Shown piece by piece: positions 56,113-64,000 of a stretch of DNA of 64,000 bases (its first letter is position 1; every line of letters begins with the position of its first letter). Both the position numbers and the translations under genes were made by a program. This DNA is from Octopus sinensis (taxonomy: Eukaryota): positions 116,498,001 through 116,562,000 of the forward strand of contig NC_042998.1 of NCBI RefSeq assembly GCF_006345805.1, read 5' to 3'. The notes under the pieces were generated by a model. That model did not search any database and was not told where the DNA came from. It was given only the letters and a program-made list of their open reading frames with translations.

Positions 56113-56641
56113 AACGTAATTGTGATTTTAAGTCCAGTGAGTTGAACTAGAGTGCTTGTTTGCATGTCTATGTCTGTGAACATGTGTGTGTGACTGCACA
56201 TATGTGTATGGTGGTGTGTATGTATAAGGTATATGTACCTCTCTCTCTCTCTTTCTCTATCTCTTTCTATCTAAATATATCTATATATGTGTGTATTTAT
56301 GTATGTATATATAACTGAAGAAACTGGAGTCAGCAAAAAGAGTACGTTTGGACATTAATCGCTACAATTGTTTCAACACAACGTAGTTCTCCAAGAATAC
56401 AGATATTTTATTAAAATCAAAATCGTCGATTTTCGAATAACTGAAACAGCAGTTGCCTATCGCCTGAGGAAACAGAACTAGATCTCATTATGCAAGAAAA
56501 CAGTTGAATGACGAATGACCAAACTTAAACTTGGAAGTATGTAACAATACTAGCGGATAGTACTGGGCAGTTCTGAAGGTGGACTAGATTTATACTGTAT
56601 TCTACCACGTTTGTAACCAAATATAACATAACTACACACAC

Positions 56642-56712
<71 letters not shown>

Positions 56713-59185
56713 TATTCCTGTGTTTGAGAATATTTGTATGCCTGCTTGCGTATGTATAAAACGTTAAAATACACCATACTCTTTCACACGCGTACGTACA
56801 CGCACCTACATATACTCACACAGAGAAAAAGCCAAGGACAGAGCGGGTACCAGCTGTAAAGAAATTAAAAAAAAAAAGAATTGAAAAAATAGAATTGGCA
56901 TGAGGAATCGCAAAAGCAAGGCTACATCTTTCTTTTTCGAGACATAAGCCATGTTTGTTAATATGACGTTTGGAAAACAATTGTCACTAATCTTTATTTT
57001 CAATGTTTCCCAATAGATGCAAGAACGATTTCAAAGGAAAGTCACTCAAATTATGATATGCAACGCTAACTATCTTTGCTAAATTATGATCAACAGAGAA
57101 AATATAAATATAATTTGAATATCTCACACTCCCTTAAAAATGTAACAGTAATTTACAACGTGTTCTCAATAAATTCCTTTTGTGTTGAAAAGTCAATTAT
57201 TGAAATAACCGCTTAACGTTTAACAGATTACAGCAGTATAACAGCAAATCAATATAAGCTATAGAATAAATATACATTTAAAATAAATACGCATTAGAAG
57301 ATAACGTAAAAAGTTAGAACACAGCGAAAAATTTCGGACATCAGTCAATCTAGCAGCAAAATTTGGATTCTGCAAAGCAATAACCTAATCTATCCTACAA
57401 CACAAATTGATTCTTTGAATTGAAATCTTCTTGTAGACTATATACACTACCATTTCACAAAATCAGTGTTACTTTAGTCTTTCCCACATTAATGATTACG
57501 TTGACTTAGATATAATGCATTATACTTAATGATAATTTCTAATGAGCTCGTATTAACCGCTTCTAAAATAAAGTTTATAAATCAACTGCTCCAAAAATTA
57601 AGCGCACACGAAACACACTGAATGATCGTTTTTCATTATTTCATTGAGCATATGTGAGAGCAAAATTTCTAGAAGAATGAGCATATACTCACTCATACAC
57701 ATCAATTGTATATATTGATACATGTATAGAGTATGTAGGTGGTTTGTCACATTGATGTATTTTTATAAGTGTATATGTATGTGTGGAGATTTTGATGCAA
57801 ATCGTACTTCTCTTACCTCTTGGGAAAAGAAAATTTGTGTTCGGATGCCCTGATATATGATTGTTGATCTGCTATTGGAAGTATGTGCCTTATTCGTAGA
57901 TGAAACATTGGCACTTCTGTTGATTATTCACCAATAATTCCCTCACATAAATACTTTTATAACATTTTCTTTTAGATATCATTCTCATTTCTATAATATT
58001 TTGTCTTCTTCCCATATCTTTGCCTTTATCCTGATAACCCCACTCCACATTTTCTGGTGAATGGTTGTCCAGTGTTTGCAATGATGAATTTTTACAGCGG
58101 CTAATTTTACTGATGAAGCGGGGAAATAGTCTTAATAGTTGAGACATTGATTCGTTCTAGTATGATACGTTTGCTCATTAAAGGTTTGTAATTTTTTTCT
58201 TTTCTTCAAGAAACATCTAACGTTGAGATGAAAATTACTAGTAGGCCACTTTTCTAAGGTGTAGTGTAATAGAGTTCTGGTAAACGTTCATCTGAAACAA
58301 GTTTAATAAGATTATTCGTGGATATTTTAATGCTCTTTCCTTTGGAATATGTATTTAAAAAAAAAAAAAATTTTTAAATTGCATTGTTGTTTTTGATTGC
58401 ATGGGTTTCGTGTCTAAACAAAAAGTTGTCAGGTAATCTCCGGCCCGAATATTGGTAATTGCATACGTTCCTATATGTATAAATACTTATGTAATATTTT
58501 GTATGAACAAAACTCGCACCGAGTAATTTAGAAAGAAAATCAAGTTCAGGGAGAACAAATGCTTTTAGATTAAAGCAATTATGTTCAGAAAATATCTATT
58601 TTGTTAACAAAGAATCGATGGTACACTATATAAAGAGTACCGTCAAAATTGAAGATTAAAGAGAACGCGAAAACCAATTTCATCTTTACGAAAATTGAAG
58701 TGGATGAATAATCAATCGTTAAGATGAGAACATTTGTAGCTGGCCTCCGATACGGTCAAGTGAATTCAGTTCTTATTCGATTTCATAGAAAAATGTTTCA
58801 ACGATACTAGGCGTCATCATTTCCTTCTGATTGTATTAAAAATTCTTAACAAAAGATGAATGGTTATTATATGATTATATGTGTGTGTAAGTGCTTGCGT
58901 GTGTGTGTGTGTGTATGTGTGTGTGTGTGCGTGTGTGTGTGCTGCGTGTGCATGCGTTGTGTCCCTATATGAAAGCATAAGCGTGTGGAATGTATATATA
59001 CATATATTTATATATATATATATACATATACATATAAGTATATGTATATACACACATATATATATACATATACATATAAGTATATGTATATACACATATA
59101 TATATATATACATATACATATAAGTATATGTATATACACACACACATATATATATATATATATACATATACATAATATATGTATG

Positions 59186-59235
<50 letters not shown>

Positions 59236-59244
59236 TCAGTAAAT

Positions 59245-60392
59245 CATGAACCGAAAGAGAAGCAAGCTCTAAATTATGCAACAGTAGAGAACTTGCCCAT
59301 ACCTCTCCAAAACCCCCTCCTCACAGGCATCCATCATTGACCCTATCATATCACTGACTCCTTTATTTTCACTTCTAGGAACGTCATCTACTACATCTCT
59401 TGCTCTCTCTGTCCTTCTCTATATATCGTTCAAATTGGCCGCCGCTTGGCTGACCGGTTCGCAGAAAACCTCCGAGACATCTGACTTGGCAACGACACCG
59501 TGGTCTCGCGCCATTTCCGCTCTACCGCACGCTCTTTACAATACTTGTCTGTCTTCGTGTTGTCCTTGCATAGGGGCCATTCGGTCTCCTGTTTTCGTCG
59601 TGAGCAGGGATTCTCTTCTCTCCTTTGGGCCACATGGGTTCAAATCTCCTCTCTCCTTCATCGAACCCTCCTCCTCGCTCCTCTCTTCCTCTCATATCTA
59701 ATTCATCCCACCCACCTCTTTTCTCTTGCTCTGGAACCTACTTCCTCTCGTAACTTCTACCCACCTTCTTCCTTCCACCCTCTCCATCCGTCGCCCCCCC
59801 GTTACCCTACCCCTACACATTCCAACATCAATATCCTTATACATCCCATCACACCCCACACTATCACTTAGACCCCACCCTTGTTTCCCCACTCTCGCTT
59901 CCCCAAACTCCAACACCACCACAGAACACCAAGCACCAGCATACCAGTACACCACACACCAACACAACACACACCACCATACCATACCACACCACGTCAC
60001 ACTACCCCGCACACACTAGCACTGACCACTTCCCAGAAACTACACCATCATTCACACACGTACACATGCAAAGAAGCACACGTCAAGATCACCAGCCCCA
60101 TTCCACACGCACATACATACGCACGCGCACCAGGTTTTGGGATCACTACTGCTTTATTATGTCCCTTCTACTTAACTCTCCTTTGAGATCCCTCTGTCCT
60201 GCATTCGCCATGATAGATCGCTAGCCACTAAACTTTTTTATTTTCTCTACCTGTTTATTTGTGTGTTCCTTTCTGTCGAAGAGCGTAGGCTGGAAACGTA
60301 AAAGTGTTTCACACTTCCCGAGCGTTAAACTAATACATATGTTTGTTGTTTACACATCCGTCTTCATCTTTTGTTTTTTGTAAATTCTCACT
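59245..60392 (+). mobile_element. Penelope-like element 3' end: GIY-YIG endonuclease plus pLTR
   Basis: HITDSFIFTSRNVIYYISCSLCPSLYIVQIGRRLADRFAENLRDI..VSRHF..RREQ (GIY-YIG consensus NVIY.I.C..C...YIG.TGR.L..RF.EH), then a C-rich tract and a hammerhead-like motif at 60270-60303. Confidence 0.9.
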
Positions 60393-60424
60393 ACACACAC
60401 ACACACACACGCACTTATATATAT

Positions 60425-61215
60425 ATAATTGAAATTTACAGAACAACAAAAAACGAAGTTACGTGTATGAACAATAGGCAGGTGTATTAATTTGACGCTC
60501 GGGGAAATGAGGAAAACTTTTACGTTTCGAGACTATGCTCTTCAACAGAATGGAATAAGAGAAATATACAGACGGAATAAAAGGCGTGTGAATTTAACGA
60601 TCAAGCATGGTGACAAGGTCTGAGAGGAATGGCAGAAAGAATGGGAGACAATAAAGTATTTGTGATCCCAAAACAAAGGCGTGCGTACGTGTGTGTATCG
60701 GAGAATGTGTGCGTGCGTGCGTGTGTGTATGGATAGGTGCTACTGACTTTGATGTGTGTCGATGTTTGCGTGTGTGTGTTTGTGCGTCTGTAATGTGTGG
60801 GTGTATCAATGATGGTGTGTGGGCGTGTGATGATGATTTGTAGGTGTGAAGATGATGGCGTGAGGTGGGGATACTGTGACTTGGACATTGTAAGGGTGTG
60901 GAGAGTGCTGTGGGGTGGTGTGCTGATATGGTGGTTTGTCGCGTAGGGGAGTGGTGATGCGGCCTGGTGTCTGGGGTGGGGATTTGTAGGGGTGGGGATG
61001 TGTCTCGTGGAGTATGGAGGGCGTATCAATGAAGAGAGAAGGTGAGTACGAGTGAAGATAGGAAGTAGGTGCCGAGGAGAGGAGAGGTGGGTAGGAATGG
61101 TGAGGAATTAGGTATCAGATGAAGAGAGGTGAGGAGTTAAACCTATGAGGAGATAAACAGTGAAAAGAGAAGACTATGTTGTAGTGAATAACCAGTAGAG
61201 CAGAAATGGCGCTCT
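60425..61215 (-). mobile_element. Second Penelope-like 3' end/pLTR in inverted orientation
   Basis: Reverse complement shares RHFCSTGYSLQH, the C-rich tract, ttttgggatcac, ctgttgaagagcatagtctcgaaacgtaaaag and cccgagcgt..taatac with the upstream copy. Confidence 0.85.
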
Positions 61216-61619
61216 TTCATACGTACATATATGCACACATAGGTACAAGCAGAGAATTACGTACACACGTGCGCGCCGAGACAGATATATATGTATGCAT
61301 TATTTATTTGCTTTCGCAGCCGACTTGTCATAATCTGAAGTGTTATTAAACTCGCTATTAATATACACCAAAACCGCTACCTTTCGCGGCTTTGAAAACA
61401 GCCTTAATGCTTTAATATTTATATGTAAATGAAACCAAACGAGTCAATCAAATGCAGTTTTAGCCTTGTTACACATTCTGAGAAAGAATTTCGGCCTACT
61501 CAACACAGAAACCCTAAGTAGCTGTTTATAGAGAAAATCAGTCAGAATGAAATTCCAGGGAGAAGTTTGTGGAACGATAGCAACTAGCGTCCACACGTTG
61601 ATGGAATGACATGATCAGC

Positions 61620-61965
61620 TTTTAAGTTACAATTTTTAAGTAACTTAAAAACTGTGCGAACACTAAGGAATAACAACAGAAAGAAGATGGTAGAGGCACA
61701 CACAAGAAAAGGGCGCAGAAAATGGGAAAGCAACCACACCCTGGAATATGCCAATACACACAGATAGAGAAGTTTAGGTCTATAGGCTGGATATAGTTGT
61801 CTGAGGTTACCAAGAAATAATGCTTTCTCATCGATGTATCAATACTGACAGAAGACATTTCTTCTCTAAAAGAAACGGAGCAACTTTCAAAATACAAAGA
61901 CCTGGAAACAGACGTAACTCGAATGTGTAGTCTAAAAACAGAAAAAAATTCTTATCATAGTAGGA
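61620..61965 (+). mobile_element. R4/Dong-like LINE RLE fragment
   Basis: Nucleotide homology to 53250-53560 (tgctttctcatcgatgtatcaata..tcaaaatacaaagacctggaaa). Confidence 0.8.
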
Positions 61966-62604
61966 TTTCGTTTTTTTTCTTTGGATATTTTACGTCTGTA
62001 TTCATATTTTACATTTCCAGTGCTTATGATATTTGGCATTGCAGTGTGGCTACTATCTACGTTTTCCTAACGTATTTTGTCTTTTAGGTGTTCTATTTCT
62101 ATTTCTGATATTTGTTTTCTGTTGAGAATATATCTCCTTATGTTGGCTAGTTTATTAAAGTTCATTGCTGTATCCAAATCTTCTAGTTAATTTTCTTCTA
62201 GATTTTATATGTATATGCTGGTGTGTTTCCGTTCTGTGGGTAGAGCACTGCTGTAAAATAAGCGTGTAGTATTGAAATATATTCCATTTATACGTTTTGA
62301 TTTTTATTTGTGGAACATGAGGAATAATTTCCAGCCCGTTATTTTGATAGTCGTCATTTTCGAAGAGTGCCAATCTGTTAATTTCTGGTGTTAAATCGTT
62401 CTGTAATTATTGTGTAACAAATTTAAGTTATGTACATCCCGTTTGGTATCCAATTTTTCAAGGTGGTTCTGGATGGGAAATGTCTGATATTGATTGGATC
62501 TTAATTAGACGAGCGTGTTTACACGTGTTGTGCGAGTGATGGAGATAATACACGGTTAAAATACTTCATTTGGAATATAGAAAAAAATTAATGAATATCA
62601 CTTA

Positions 62605-62719
62605 CTTGGGTATAATCATTATTATTATCATTATCATTATTATTGTTATTATTATTGTTGTTGTTGTTACTGCTGTTGTTGTTATTATCATTATTATTAT
62701 TATTATTATTATCATTATT

Positions 62720-62764
<45 letters not shown>

Positions 62765-62800
62765 GTTATTATTATTATTATGACCATGGTAGTTGTTGTT
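62605..62800. repeat. Degenerate (TTA/TTG/TCA)n microsatellite
   Basis: Directly visible. Confidence 0.95.
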
Positions 62801-63253
62801 CTTCTTGCTGTTTTGTCTTTGTTTTATTGGCACTATAGTCGTAATTCTTAATATTATTAAAATTATTAACATTTTTTCTATTGCGGTATGAAGAACCATT
62901 TTGACAACATTGTAAAATTTTGCTCTGTTTGAATTGCAATATTCTCTGATAAGCATAGCACTGCAAACATTGACAGACACGAACTATTTTCTAGGCAAAT
63001 AGTATTAGTCTGAAATATTTCATTGGAAATGCAGTGACAGCTTGAACGAGATGCTTTTTTAGAAAATTTTCTGATTTTACTTTTTAGTTTTTCTTCACTA
63101 TAATGCATGAAGGAAAATATCATACGTGTATATGTATATGTAAATCTATACGTATACATACATGTACACAGGCGCGCACACACACATACACAGACGTATA
63201 TATATATGCGTATGTATGTGTTTGTATACTTATACATACATATATATACATGG

Positions 63254-63326
<73 letters not shown>

Positions 63327-63569
63327 ATGTGTATGCTTATATATAAAGATATACACACATATAGATATACATACACGCAGAGAGAGAAGGAGTATGTGTG
63401 TCCGTGAGAGAGAGAGAGAGGGAGACAGGTAGAAGTAACATGCTTCAAAATATTAGTACAATGGTTGTTTTTTTTCGTAGAAGACAATGCTCCAGAATTG
63501 CCGCAAACTAGTTACTCAAAATATTAAAGCAATAAGACATAACATATATATATATATATATATATATAT

Positions 63570-63765
63570 GTAGCAGATTCAAAATATGATCGCGTGTGTA
63601 CCGTTGGATCTTTCCTTTTCCTATGTTTCTGACGAAGAGCTTCGCTCGAAACGTTAAGCCCTCCTTCTTTCCTTCTTTCCTGAGCGTCCAATAATACTAT
63701 ACTTGTCCCACGTCCTCGCGTTGTTGTGTTTTCTCTTTGTGTTTTCATGTTTAGATTAATTATAT
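63570..63765 (+). mobile_element. Penelope-like pLTR (solo) between (TA)n tracts
   Basis: Carries the canonical hammerhead motif and a ..tcctgagcgt..aataatact.. segment similar to the other pLTRs. Confidence 0.75.
63625..63659 (+). ncRNA. Minimal type I hammerhead ribozyme motif (PLE-associated, short palindromic stem III)
   Basis: GUUU-CUGACGA-A-GAGC-UUC-GCUC-GAAA-CGUU-AAGC: intact CUGANGA and GAAA core, 4-bp stem II, stem I GUUU/AAGC, ACGU palindrome. Confidence 0.75.
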
Positions 63766-63774
63766 ATAGCAGTG

Positions 63775-63880
63775 GTGGTTCTGTGTTAAGTAACTTGCTT
63801 GCCAACCACATGGCTCCGCGTTCACTCCGACTGCGTAGCACCTTGGGCATGTGTTTTCAACTATATCATCGAGCCAACCA
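63775..63880 (+). mobile_element. tRNA-derived CORE-like SINE 5' part
   Basis: tRNA-like head followed by caccttgggcatgtgtttt. Confidence 0.7.
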
Positions 63881-64000
63881 AATGATCGTTTCCTCCTGGC
63901 CGGTTATACCAAAATGACAACTGTTACAAAATGAAAACCGTATGCTTTTTTGCTTTCTTGTATGTGATATATATTATTTCTTACATGCCATCAAACTTTC

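Noticed and set aside
57890-58147. 85-aa minus ORF
   Set aside because: No family recognised, no clear acceptor; may be a very decayed LINE relic.
58110-58150. CTGATGAAGCGGGGAAA and similar lone CTGATGA hits (20761, 37047)
   Set aside because: No pairing stem II plus GAAA-stem III arrangement.

Overview
AT-rich, microsatellite-saturated animal genomic DNA. From recall of its SINE, LINE, Penelope and mariner families it is most consistent with an octopod cephalopod (Octopus-like); this is inference, not a database result. Most of the supplied ORFs are translated microsatellites or TE relics. Supported content: many truncated RLE-type (R4/Dong-like) non-LTR retrotransposon fragments, often embedded in (TAA)n or (CATA)n arrays; two RTE 3' ends; Penelope-like element (PLE) relics (RT thumb, GIY-YIG endonuclease, pLTRs) carrying minimal hammerhead ribozyme motifs, one canonical and three with a shared CUGUNGA core variant; a tail-to-tail PLE pair; two mariner relics; a non-autonomous Helitron; several MITE/foldback hairpins; and tRNA-derived SINEs, some in head-to-tail multimers. 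No recognisable host gene is present. A hand-found, phase-consistent chain of small minus-strand exons (35525 to 19634) could encode the transmembrane segment and cytoplasmic tail of an unknown protein, and a second minus-strand exon group lies at 15718 to 8261. Both are unverified and low confidence. No CRISPR, rRNA or genuine tRNA gene was seen.
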